This document shows positions 36,601 through 47,467 of a stretch of 64,000 nt of DNA, piece after piece. Source of the stretch: Naegleria gruberi (Eukaryota). The stretch lies in the NCBI GenBank assembly GCA_000004985.1, contig GG738882.1. One strand, given 5' to 3'. The position numbers were made by a program, and so were the translations under genes. How positions within the stretch are numbered: the first letter of the stretch is position 1; each line of letters begins with the position of its first letter. The notes beneath the pieces are model-generated. The model had not been told where the DNA came from, did not search any database, and saw only the letters and a list, made by a program, of their open reading frames with translations.

Positions 36601-39600
36601 CACCTCAGATGATCACTCAGACACTGATGATAATAGTGAGGAAGAGGAAGAAGAAACAGCCACTGCTGAAGACATTTCTGAGGATGATAGCGATTTTGAT
36701 TCCCCAAACACCAATGCTCAAAAACCTCCTGTTAACCTTATTCCTGGTCTAAACTTGAAAACATCCACAAATACAGCATCGCCACCTATCATCAAGGCAC
36801 TGCCACTTCCAAAAACAAACTCTACTTCTACTCCAAAAGAGGAACATAAACCATCTGCAGAGACCCCAGCAACAGACACTTCAGATTTAACATCTGACTC
36901 AGATGAAAGCGATTCAGAACCTGAACCAGTTAAAAAGCCTGTTATTCCATCTTTGGGACTTGGTGGATTCAAGCTTCCTAGTGTTGGTCAACAACCAAAA
37001 GAAATTGCTCAACCAGAACCTACCACTACTGTTCCTGCCACTACTGGTTTTAAATTACCAATTACTATGCCAAAATTGGCACTTGGAGGTTCCTCAGGTT
37101 CTAATGGCCAGGAAAGCAAGCCAACTATTCCACCACTTTCATTGGCATCCAAGAATCAAGGAGTTATGGAGAACAATGGTTCCCTTATTATCAATTCGGG
37201 CAGAAAGAACAAAGACTCTGCTAGATCAAGTAAGAAGGAGGAAACAACAGAAGATTCAGATGATGATGCTGATTTTATTAACACTCCTTCGGCTCCTAAA
37301 TCTCATACTGCTATTCCAAAGCTCAATTTTTTACTTGGTGGATCCAACTATGATGCCAACGCCCAAACAAATGGAAATGCTGCTGCCACTACAAACAATG
37401 ATAGTAGCAACACTACCACTACTACAACAGTTGCTAAACCTCCTGGCTTGGCTTTAGGTTTGAATCTTGGAGCTCTCAAGACCAAAACTCCATCTAATAC
37501 ACCAACACCTGTTCCTACTACTCAACCTACTGAGCCAGTACCAAATACCACTGTTGAAGCATCCAATCCATTGAACGTATCAATGGGATCCAAGAGCTTC
37601 TTAGAAAAACTGAAATTGAACAAGTCCAAAGAAGGATTCTCTACAAGATCTGAAAGATCCGAAAATGAATTCCTTTATGAGGATGATCTTAGTGATGACG
37701 AGATTCTTTCCAGCTTGATCGAATCTACTGTTCAATTCGTTGAAAGACATGAAGCTATGAAGGGTTTGGAATCTGACGAATTGCAATTCTATGAAAAGGA
37801 GAGAAAGAACAGAAAATTATACAGAAATGATGAGTTACACGTAGCAATTTTGACCTTGTTGATGTCACTCATGATTACTGCTAACTCTACTCTTGATTCT
37901 AGATACTGTGATCAGTTCCCTCTCAATAAGAACCTTCCAAATATTCCTTTCATGCTTCACTACCACATTAATGATCTTTACAACGAGCAAATCATTCCAC
38001 TGCTCCATGATACAATTGTTTCTTACTGTAGTATGAATGATAATTTGATAGGCTTGAATATTTTACTCAGACTATTATGTGAAAAGCTCTTTGAACCAAA
38101 CCTTTATAGTGTAAAGGAGGAAAGATTGGGTGTTGGTGCCTTTGGTGATGTTTGGAGATGTAAACTCAAGTTTACTCACTCTTCTGTGAAAACAGTGGCT
38201 GCCAAGCTTCTCAAAGTTCCAAAGATGATTGAAGATGCTTGTATCTTATACACTATTTTCAATGAAATTCTTATCATGGAAAAGTTCAAAGCTGACCCAA
38301 GAATTTGTCGTATGTATGACTACGGTGTTACAAAGGACAATTACTATATTGTTATGAAGGAATACAAGTGTAGCTTGAAGACTTGGAGATTGAAGCAAAC
38401 AACTCACTTTTTACAAAATATTCCATTGTACATGAATATTTTCAAGAGAATTTTGGAATCTTACAAGTTTTTGTATGATAACAACATTAACCACTTTGAT
38501 TTAAAGTGTGACAATATTTTCTTGGAACCGTTTGATGGAGTGGATGATACCAAGTTCTTTAATCATCAATCTGACATGCCACACTTTGAACTTGTTGTTG
38601 GTGATTTTGGTGAAAGCTTTATCTATTCAAACGATGAAGAGGATGGTTACACCACTAGACACAGAGGTACTGAATGTATTAAGAGTCCAGAAATGTTAAA
38701 GATTGAAATGATGGACACCAAGAGTAAGAATTATGACAGAAGAAGAAAGGTTGGTGCTAACAGTGCCAGTGATATCTGGTCTTTGGGATGTCTTTTCTAT
38801 GAATTGTTGGCAGGTGATTTCCTTTTTGATGCCTCTGAATTTACTACTTTCTTCATGTTATTGACTGACAATAAGAAGACTTTAATTTCTCAAGAAAGAT
38901 TCTTAAAGATCCATTATAATCACTTCCTTATGGATATTTTGAGCTATATTTTAGTGAGAGATCCACTCAGAAGACCATCCATCAATGACTTGTTGCAACG
39001 TTTCTCTTTCTTTGTTAACGTAATGCCTTCTTGGCAAAAACTCAGAGAAATGACACCAGAAGACATTGAAAACGAGTTTAACAGTGCCAGAACAACCTTG
39101 ACCAGTAGAGGTATCACACCAGCAAAACCTACTCTCTCCTATCAATATGATGATTATTTACTTCATCCTTTGGAAACTCCACACACCTCAAAGACATCTA
39201 ATAGAAATGAGGCTGCAAAGGAACCATCATCTAGTGGATCTGACAAGACTAAGCCAAAGGGTGGATCAAATCAAGATGCTCTCGCTAATTATCTTTCTGT
39301 TTACAATTGGACTAAGGAAGACGTTGAATTTTACATTAAGAAGGCAACATTTATTATGAAGAATAGATTATATTTGGTATCTGACGATTTGGCATATAAC
39401 AAGCCTGTTTTGAATAAGCTTGGTATTACTCACATTGTCAATTGCTGTATTTCTACCTCAAAATCTCAATTCCCAGAAAACTTCTTCTATTTTAATCTCA
39501 AGGAACATTTATCTGAAAGCTCTCTTAAGGCATACTCGGAATATATAAAGGCATTTGAATTTGTTAGAGATGCTATCAAGAAGAGAGGTAGAGTATTAGT

Positions 39601-40648
39601 TTACAGCGGTAAGGGATTGAGTAGAAGTGGTCTTTTTGTTGTTCTTTTCCTCATGGATACATACAACCTCTCTAGCTATGAATCCTACCTCTTTGTTAAG
39701 AGCAGAAGACCTGCATTGAGACCAGAAATTCTTACACACTTTTTGCATTTCTTGCTCAAAGTTAAGCAGATGCAATCAGTTGAATCACAAAAGAAGAAGG
39801 CACTTAGCGAGCTCAAAACACTTTCTACTTCTGGATCTCTCTTCAAGAACAAATCTCCAGTCCAAGCTCTTCTCCAATCTCCTCCTCAACACAGCCACAA
39901 GAAGTTGAATAAGATTCATCAAAGTGTTTCCAAGATGCTCGAAATGAAGAAATTGAAAGAAAAGCAAGAAGCTACTAACAATGAATCATCTTCCAACTCT
40001 GCCAGCACTCCTACAAAGAAAGGAAAACAAGAAGAAACTGTCCATTGGTATAGATGTATTTGTGGTGCTTGTGTTGTTGGTGTCATGTCTCCATTCTCTG
40101 TACATTCATTCCATGCTGGAAATATTACTCACGAACACAGTCCAATCAGATGTTGGCCATCCTTCTTGCAAGAGATGAAATTATTATACTTCTATAATGC
40201 TAATCTCGTTAATATGGGATTCACTACAAAGGACAGAGTACTTCTCGATCCATTTGAGGTTCACCAACACTCAGAACCAGTACCGGACAATCAATCTGTT
40301 GGAGACTATCAAGAACCAATTTGGAAAGTTAACAAGTGTAAATATTGTGGATTTTTAGTGTTTGCAACCAAAGATAAGGATGTTGGATCACCTCCATCAG
40401 AAAAGAGTGCACAATTATCCAATCAAGGTTCTCAGGCCCAACCAACACTTAAGAGACACAAGAGCAAGGAAAGTATCTCAGTTTCTCCTGCTTCAAACGA
40501 TTTACTTTCACCAAGTGGAATATCAATTAGAGGATTTGAAATTGCTGTTAATTGTTCACTCAAGACAACCAATGTGATTGCTAAATCCAATGTTAATAAG
40601 GTTCAAGATTTGAGACCTTCTCTCTTCTTCAAGGGAGCTAATGTGTAA
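33682..40648 (+). CDS. Giant protein (about 2289 aa) with a divergent protein kinase domain, an inactive dual-specificity-phosphatase (DSP)-like domain and a Cys/His-rich C-terminal region; 3 exons: 33682..33927, 33981..34271, 34316..40648
   Basis: Introns of 53 and 44 nt (GTAAGC/GTTTGT donors, AG acceptors, phase 0) join three track ORFs. The kinase domain has GVGAFGDVWRCK, VAAKLLK, HFDLKCDNIFL (HRD replaced by HFD) and VVGDFGE. The DSP fold has LYLVSDDLAYN..LGITHIVNC....VLVYSGKGLSRSGLFVV, the HCxxGxxRS signature with Cys replaced by Ser. The tail is C/H-rich (WYRCICGACVVGV...H..H...C...CKYCGF). The central S/T/P/N-rich region is low-complexity. Confidence 0.75.
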
Positions 40649-40854
40649 TTTATTATAAATTATTATACTTGGTTTCGAACTTTAATTTCTTTGTGAAGTG
40701 TTTCAAATTTTTGTCAATGGTACGATTTAGAAAATTGACCTTTAAGGTGAACAATAGAACCAACAGATCCATCAATTGTAATTGGGAAGTAAGAGTTGAT
40801 TTGATAAGATTAGCTGGATGTTTTGGACATACTGTTTGATAATAATTTCAAAAT

Positions 40855-43245
40855 TTAGTTTATTTCTTCTTTCAAAATTAAATCAAAATCTTGATTATTC
40901 AATTCAGAAGACTCCTCAGGTACTATTCCAGAAGATTCTCCATTTTTCCTTTTTTCAGCTTCCTTTTTCATTTGCTGCCAATTTCTTTTTCTTGTATTTG
41001 TGAACCAGTTGGCAACTTGAACATAGGTAAGACCTGTTTGTTCAGATAAATCTTGTTTTTCTTTAGAACTTGGATATGGATGTTCTATGTGATCCAAAAA
41101 CCAATCTCTCAACACATCTGTGGCATTTGAAGGTAAAAAGTGTTTTCTTTCATTTGCTCGCTTATCATCAAATGTCATTTGTCCTTGAGGGCTTGATGAT
41201 AAAACCATTTGTGAATAACCCATTGACTGATTCATTGTTTGTTGTTGACCAACATTCTGACCTGTTGATACTGAAAATGGATTGGAAATATTTGTCTGAT
41301 TCATCAAGCTTCGTTGTAATTGAGTCATAAACTCATTCATATTTTCAGTTGAGTGATTGTGCATTTCTTTTGTCGGAGAGCCAGGTCGAGAATTAGGCAA
41401 TGAGTTTGGTAATGAATTAGGTAACGAGTTAGGTAATGAATTATTTTGAGATCCAGACCTCGAAGGCAATGGACTATTTGGAGGAGCTGTTAAACCTTGG
41501 AAGAATCCTTGTTCCTTTCTTCTGTGCATTCCTGGTTGCCTCTTTGCTGTACCTGGAGAATTAACGTATGGTTTCTGGGTAGCTCCACTATCTCTACGAT
41601 GATAATTTGTTGGAGTGTTTGTTATAGGATTTGTTTCAATTGAAATTAGGGTCGATGGAGGTGAGGCATTTCCTTGAAGCATGGCTCTGAAACTCTGTTG
41701 ATAGGGAGATGGTGAAGAACTCAATGGTAAACCATCGAGTGGGCTAGAAACGAGTCTCTTCTTTTGTGGCATGTCATGTGTTGATAGTGAAATTAAGGAA
41801 GATTCATCTCCTCCACCAATTCCAATTCCACCTGCTTCCTTCACATTGAGTGCATTGAATAGTGTGAAATCACTTGGCGACTCTTCAGAATTGAAAAAAC
41901 TAGATCCAGTAAATCCTTCACTACTTCCCCCACTTGTACTGTCAGCTGTATTGAAAATATCTTCAAGACCATCATCTTTCAATGAATCTTTAACATATTT
42001 GAAAATGGAACGTTGTTGATTGGTTGGTAATTTTGTTAAAATTGATAATCCTGAAGGAACTGAAATGAGTGGAGAAGAATTTGAATGAGGACTTGAAATA
42101 ATTGGATCTGAGCTTTCAGAAATGGCATCATACTTTCTCTTTCCCTTTCCAATAAGTGTTTGTTCAATAATTGTTTGAACTGTATCTTCACTTGTTGCCA
42201 TAGACATGTCAATTCCATGTTCTGTCAATGTGCCAGTTTCAAAATCTTCACTAATACTCAAAATACCTTCAATACGTGGTGTTGATGGTGTTGTTGAGAT
42301 AAATTCATGAAAATCATTCACATCCAATTGCAAATTTGGTCCATTAACAACATGATCATCTACAATACTAGGAGAAGAAGGATACAAGAAACCTCCTTGT
42401 TGTTGTTGATGAAGTTGATAATTATTCTCATTGAGTGACTGTGTCATTACTTGTTGACCATTGATTGATTGACCAAAAGGAGTTTGATGTGTGGAATTGA
42501 AAGTAAATGTTCCTGGCATGAATACATTATTGTTTACATTCTGTTGTTGTTGATAATGCAATTGACTCAATATATTATTGTTATTATTACTATTATTATT
42601 ATTATGAATAAAACCAGAATTATTGTTAGTTAAGAAAATAGTAGGTGTTTGATGAATAGAGGCAGCATTGTTATTATTATTGGTTTGAATTGGTAAATTA
42701 TTCAATAGATAATTTTGATGATTTGAATTTGAATTTGGAGGAGAGGAAGGAGAATTGGAAGATGAAGTTGTTGTTTTCATTGTATTATTCTGCTGCTGTT
42801 GTTGATTGGTTGAGGAGGAACCATATGAATTCATCATATTATTATTCATATTCATATTCATATTCATATTATTATTATTTGTATTTGTAGTGGTTGAATG
42901 ATGATGATGTACATTATTGGATGATGAAGATGATTGATTCATCAAATTGAACAATACTTGTTGAGAGGGCAGATCATATTGAGAAGCGTAGAATAATAAC
43001 AATTGTTGCTGTTGTTGAGGTGTGAGAGATGAAATCAGTGCATGGCTCATACTAAGTGGTTGTTGTTGATTCATCATGTGCATGTACAATTGTTGCTGCT
43101 GCTGTTGATTGACTTCATATGGTTGTTGTTGTTGACCGCCCAACAAGCCTTGTTGATTGTTGTTGTACATGCGTTGTTGTTGTTGTGGTGTTTGATGAAG
43201 ATGATGATTTGATGCCGCTGCCTGATTAATATTGCCATGCATCAT
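40855..43245 (-). CDS. TALE-class homeobox transcription factor with long poly-Q/poly-N tracts
   Basis: The C-terminal homeodomain LRDWFLDHIEHPYPSSKEKQDLSEQTGLTYVQVANWFTNTRKR carries the 3-aa TALE insertion HPYP. It contains an (LPNS)4 repeat and Q/N homopolymers. The upstream 82-aa S/N-rich ORF (43245..43493) is offset by 1 nt and may be 5' coding sequence. Confidence 0.75.
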   Translation of the reverse strand: MMHGNINQAAASNHHLHQTPQQQQRMYNNNQQGLLGGQQQQPYEVNQQQQQQLYMHMMNQQQPLSMSHALISSLTPQQQQQLLLFYASQYDLPSQQVLFNLMNQSSSSSNNVHHHHSTTTNTNNNNMNMNMNMNNNMMNSYGSSSTNQQQQQNNTMKTTTSSSNSPSSPPNSNSNHQNYLLNNLPIQTNNNNNAASIHQTPTIFLTNNNSGFIHNNNNSNNNNNILSQLHYQQQQNVNNNVFMPGTFTFNSTHQTPFGQSINGQQVMTQSLNENNYQLHQQQQGGFLYPSSPSIVDDHVVNGPNLQLDVNDFHEFISTTPSTPRIEGILSISEDFETGTLTEHGIDMSMATSEDTVQTIIEQTLIGKGKRKYDAISESSDPIISSPHSNSSPLISVPSGLSILTKLPTNQQRSIFKYVKDSLKDDGLEDIFNTADSTSGGSSEGFTGSSFFNSEESPSDFTLFNALNVKEAGGIGIGGGDESSLISLSTHDMPQKKRLVSSPLDGLPLSSSPSPYQQSFRAMLQGNASPPSTLISIETNPITNTPTNYHRRDSGATQKPYVNSPGTAKRQPGMHRRKEQGFFQGLTAPPNSPLPSRSGSQNNSLPNSLPNSLPNSLPNSRPGSPTKEMHNHSTENMNEFMTQLQRSLMNQTNISNPFSVSTGQNVGQQQTMNQSMGYSQMVLSSSPQGQMTFDDKRANERKHFLPSNATDVLRDWFLDHIEHPYPSSKEKQDLSEQTGLTYVQVANWFTNTRKRNWQQMKKEAEKRKNGESSGIVPEESSELNNQDFDLILKEEIN
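41391..41441. repeat. 12-nt coding microsatellite (ttaggtaatgag-like, 4 copies) encoding (LPNS)4 on the minus strand
   Basis: Direct repeat visible in the sequence. Confidence 0.8.
42844..42870. repeat. Hexanucleotide microsatellite (attcat)n within the coding poly-N/M tract of the homeobox gene
   Basis: cat att cat att cat att cat att is visible in the sequence. Confidence 0.7.
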
Positions 43246-43931
43246 TATCGGTGGTGGTTGAAAGGAATTGAGTTGTGTTGTTGTTGTTGGGAATTATTCG
43301 TTGCGGAGGAGAGTAAGGAAAGTAATAAATCATTACTGGTCGTGGTAGTACTATTATTGATATTGTTATTATTATTGTTACTACTACTAGAAATAATATT
43401 GGTAGTGGTGGCGGAAAGGTTGTTATTGGAAGGGGTTGATGGATTTGAATTGTTATTTGGAGAGCTTTGTTGACCAACAACGGAAGAAGACATTTTTGAA
43501 AGTGTTGGTTGCTATTATATTGATAGGATCAAAGGGTGTGATTTAAATGATTGTGAGATTTTTGTGTTGTTTTGAAACAATTTCTTGCATGCCAAATGTC
43601 AGTTTATTGTTGTGTTGACACTGGAATGGTTATTTGATGGCAAGGAAGATTGGTTTCTTTTTTTTAGAGATGTGATAAAGTACGAGGTGAAAACAGTTAA
43701 CTCAGTGAAGATGTGATTTCGAATAGTTTCTTTCAACAAGTGGAGAGAAAGAAAATTAATGTTTACGGGTGAAATGTTGTAGCTCCTCAAAAAGGCAAAC
43801 TCAAAACAATGGTTGTGAACATTTATTTGTTTAGGTTTTAGCTTCCAATAGTTTTAAACGAATCCTTCAAACCTTACAAAAAACATTTACCCAGAGAGTG
43901 AATTTCCCGCATCAAGCAATCAAACTTGTTT

Positions 43932-45590
43932 TTATTTCTCTACAGAATCATAGTAGGAGGATGTGTTTAATTCAGTTTCGTTAAGGTTATCCGAAAGTAA
44001 ATTTTCTTTCAATGCTGCTGAGGCACTAGTAAGTGATTGCTTTCTAATCCTTTCAGCCTTACCGAAACATTTCATGTACATGTCCTTAATCTCCTCTCTT
44101 CTTGAATCCATAAATAGAACAGAAACATTTACAATTAAAATAAAGTAATATCTGAACGCAATTGCCATTGATCTCATCATGAATGAAAAATCCAACACAG
44201 ATGAGATTGGAATAAGAAAATGAACTGAAATGATAAATATCAAGTAGTAAACAATTGAAGAATTGAGTAAATTGACATCTGACACTTTTTTCAATAATCT
44301 AAATCCAACAATTCCAAATGTAAGGAAGAATAATCCAATGAAAAATGCCAATAATGCGTAAACAATGGCAAATGTATACTGATAATCAGTATAGAGATGG
44401 GCAATAATTACAGAAATTGCAGAGATTAGAATAAAAATTGAAATTCCTAAATGAACCCAATTAATGACAACTCCATATTTTTGGTTGACCATCTTACCAA
44501 TTAATCTCAACCAATTGAAAATCCATGAAAATAAACCGATTAGTGCAAATGAGAAACTGGAATAATCCATAATCATTCGATAATTTCCAGGGCCATATAA
44601 TTGAGCTAGATACAACTCAATGGTTAAGATTAGTTCTGAAATGAGTGCACCCAAGCAAGGGCATACTATATATAAACTTTTTCTCCTTCTAAAATCAATA
44701 AATTTTGGAATAATTACAAGAAAAATCATCAATGGAATGGAAAGTGTATGTGAAACAATTACAAAATATCGAATGATCAAGTCAATCCAATAATTATATC
44801 TATTTCCGTTACATTTGAATGAAAAGTAACCTTGGTTTCCATCGACACAATAGCAAATATAATTAAAATCGAGACCTGCTGCATTGAAGTGAAATGACTG
44901 ATTCAAAATTGGTGAAACAATTGATTTGTTTACAACGAATGGAATTCCAAATTCTACTGAACCACAATATAGAGCTGAAGTTGGAAAATTATAAACCATT
45001 ACTTGAGTATAGAAATCTCTAGGATTACAATCATATGTCTTATTACCAGGTTTACAATAGACACAATAATTCATCCAATCAAAAATTGTAGTTTCCTGAT
45101 TTGTAACTTGTTTCAAATATTCAGGTAAGTAATAAGTTTCATTGTAATCACAGAGAAAGGAAGCACAATCCCTCCCAAGAATATTCTCCCACTTTCTCAC
45201 TCTACCACAAATATCATACCACTCTGATGGTTTTGATGAGGTGTGAAACATTGAATACATGATTGAATTGTTATATTTGTGGAAATGAGCGTCGACTGAG
45301 TAATCGTTCCATAGGGTTACATTATCACAATAGAAATCATCTGGAATATCTGAGAAGATGTACTTTTGTTGTGGAAGGTATGAATTAAAGATGGAATAGA
45401 GCATGATTGGGGAGGTATTGGTACAATTGTGAAAGTGTTTCGAATAGAATCGTTTTGGTGAGTGCATGTCAATGATGGAGTTATTAAATCTTGGAGAGAA
45501 TCCAATAACTGATGAAAATTGAAAGACAAGCAGAATGGAACAAAATAAACATAAACCATAGAGAATTGATTTGTGACGTTGAGACATTTT
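43932..45590 (-). CDS. Seven-transmembrane protein with a Cys-rich N-terminal ectodomain (possibly GPR107/Lung-7TM-receptor-like)
   Basis: The ATG start is MSQRHKSILYGLCLFCSILLVF (signal peptide); the track start at 45761 is GTG. About 330 aa of Cys-, Asn- and Tyr-rich ectodomain are followed by 7 predicted hydrophobic helices in the C-terminal 280 aa. Confidence 0.5.
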   Translation of the reverse strand, partial: KMSQRHKSILYGLCLFCSILLVFQFSSVIGFSPRFNNSIIDMHSPKRFYSKHFHNCTNTSPIMLYSIFNSYLPQQKYIFSDIPDDFYCDNVTLWNDYSVDAHFHKYNNSIMYSMFHTSSKPSEWYDICGRVRKWENILGRDCASFLCDYNETYYLPEYLKQVTNQETTIFDWMNYCVYCKPGNKTYDCNPRDFYTQVMVYNFPTSALYCGSVEFGIPFVVNKSIVSPILNQSFHFNAAGLDFNYICYCVDGNQGYFSFKCNGNRYNYWIDLIIRYFVIVSHTLSIPLMIFLVIIPKFIDFRRRKSLYIVCPCLGALISELILTIELYLAQLYGPGNYRMIMDYSSFSFALIGLFSWIFNWLRLIGKMVNQKYGVVINWVHLGISIFILISAISVIIAHLYTDYQYTFAIVYALLAFFIGLFFLTFGIVGFRLLKKVSDVNLLNSSIVYYLIFIISVHFLIPISSVLDFSFMMRSMAIAFRYYFILIVNVSVLFMDSRREEIKDMYMKCFGKAERIRKQSLTSASAALKENLLSDNLNETELNTSSYYDSVEK

Positions 45591-45929
45591 TTCACGTTTT
45601 GAAAATTCCAATATTAGAAGCTTTTGTAAACAGTTTCCAAGTTGAAGAGTTAAACGTGAACTTGGTGTTGAATTTTCTATATAATTCTTTAAAAAGTATT
45701 GAACGCATTTATTGTTAACAAATCTGATATTTCCTGAACAATAATATATAAGGTATTCCACAAACTCTTAACATTTCCACATAAAAATTGATGTAAAAAA
45801 TTGAAATCTCATGTATGATTCCCATAAATGTTAATCATTATTTAAATTTCCAGCTATTTTTATCTAATCAATTTTCTTTCAGAAATCTCAAAAATTAAAT
45901 TATTTGAAAATTTTAATTAACAAAAAAAA

Positions 45930-47453
45930 ATGTCTCTCAAATTTGATTGGAATGCCCTCACACCAGAATTAACAAAATCACTCCGAGAACAGTTGAATAG
46001 TAAAATTGAGCAAGCAATATTTAAATCACATCCAAATGGCGCGGAACAAGATGATGGATCAGCTACTGTATATTCTTCTGTAACAAGATCAAATATTAAT
46101 GGATTGGAAATTTCTCCTAATCAAGCTTTGAGTTATTTAATTGTTGAAAGCTTGGATTTGGGAGCATCGGGTCCGAATATTCAGATTAAAGATATTCAAC
46201 AGGCTCCTGATGAAAAATTGTTTTTACAAAGAGCAAAATATTACGAGAATAAGATTTATTCAAAACTTTATCCAGCTAATAACAATCAAAAGAAGCCGGA
46301 AAAGGTTTCTAATGTGGATGTATCAAAAACAATGAGAGGAAATAATGATGATAATGTTAGTGTGGCATCTATACAACAATCCACTATAAGTTCATTGCTT
46401 GTACCATCTCCGATGTTTATGGCTAGTATGCAACACAGAAAGAGATTAGGATTAAGTTCTACGACAACATCCTTCTCACCTTTGGCTCAAAATAGTTTAT
46501 TGATGGCCTCAGGTAATCCATATTATCCAATGTCTGTGGGTGGAGCTATGAGTGATGTTTATTCAGTAACAACTGGAATTGAACATGTTGGAGGAAAACC
46601 AATCACTTCAAGTAACTTGAATAGTTTAAGAAAGGCTCCTCTTAAAACTCATCTCTGCTCTATCGGAACTATTTACAAAGTTGCTCCAAAATCTGATCTA
46701 AGACAAAAGAAGGAACAATTAGTGCAAACCAAACGTAGATCAGCATGGTGGAAGGACAGAGTTACAAATATGGAAAATAGAAGAGAGGTCAATAACTTTA
46801 TTCCTCCTGTACAAATATTGAATAATGGATCGGATAAACTTGCATTAAATCCTGTAGATCTAAAGGATGCAAATTTGATGAAGGAAAAATTATTTGATCT
46901 TGGATTTTTATTAAGTGGTAAGAGAAATGGTAAGGGTGGTGTTAAAGTGTCGTGTCACCTTTCATACAGTGGAAATGCATCGATAAAGATTGCCTCTGAG
47001 ATAAGAATTAACCTACCAATACCTGGTTTCATTACCATTCCTATTGAAATTGAGCTTACTAGATTTATTTTTGATGGCGATCTTACAGTCATCTTTTATC
47101 ACAATGGTTCATCAAAGGAAAATAAGGTGTTAGTATACTTTGAAAATCCTGTTCTTCCATCATTTGATGTGGATGAAGCTAAAGTTCCTACCCAATTCAA
47201 TGATCAAAAGTTGATGGCCAATTATATTATCAAATCCACAGGTGAATATTCACCATTGAAAGAATTCAATATTACAGTGAAAGTGGGTGCGTCTCTATCT
47301 AGGGAATCACTTCCAAGTGAAGGTGAAGACAAAATTCTTGAAGATAAGACAGAAATTAGTAATTTTGTTAAGGAACTAGTTCATAAGGTTGTCAAGGATT
47401 TATTGATTTATCCAAATGTTTTTACTCAAGAAATTGAAATTCCTGAAGAGTAA
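45930..47453 (+). CDS. SMP-domain protein of the ERMES family (Mdm34/Mdm12-like, the ER-mitochondria tether)
   Basis: The N-terminus MSLKFDWNALTPEL...ESLDLGASGPNIQIKDI follows the MSFxFNW...LDLG..P.leI pattern of Mdm34/Mdm12. The segment KVSCHLSYSGNASIKIASEIRINLP resembles FxFxYxGDASLTL.T..QANPL. Confidence 0.55.
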   Translation: MSLKFDWNALTPELTKSLREQLNSKIEQAIFKSHPNGAEQDDGSATVYSSVTRSNINGLEISPNQALSYLIVESLDLGASGPNIQIKDIQQAPDEKLFLQRAKYYENKIYSKLYPANNNQKKPEKVSNVDVSKTMRGNNDDNVSVASIQQSTISSLLVPSPMFMASMQHRKRLGLSSTTTSFSPLAQNSLLMASGNPYYPMSVGGAMSDVYSVTTGIEHVGGKPITSSNLNSLRKAPLKTHLCSIGTIYKVAPKSDLRQKKEQLVQTKRRSAWWKDRVTNMENRREVNNFIPPVQILNNGSDKLALNPVDLKDANLMKEKLFDLGFLLSGKRNGKGGVKVSCHLSYSGNASIKIASEIRINLPIPGFITIPIEIELTRFIFDGDLTVIFYHNGSSKENKVLVYFENPVLPSFDVDEAKVPTQFNDQKLMANYIIKSTGEYSPLKEFNITVKVGASLSRESLPSEGEDKILEDKTEISNFVKELVHKVVKDLLIYPNVFTQEIEIPEE

Positions 47454-47467
47454 AATCTTAAAATGAT

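Noticed and set aside
36465-37457. ORFs 36465..36752 (+), 36718..36972 (-) and 36903..37457 (+) within the giant kinase gene
   Set aside because: They overlap the S/T/P-rich low-complexity segment of the main frame in alternative frames and on the opposite strand. There is no independent support for them.
43237-43473. A plus-strand poly-Leu ORF (MHHYRWWLKG...LLLLLL)
   Set aside because: It is the antisense translation of the poly-N/S codon repeats (AAT/AGT read as ATT/ACT/CTT), a low-complexity artefact.
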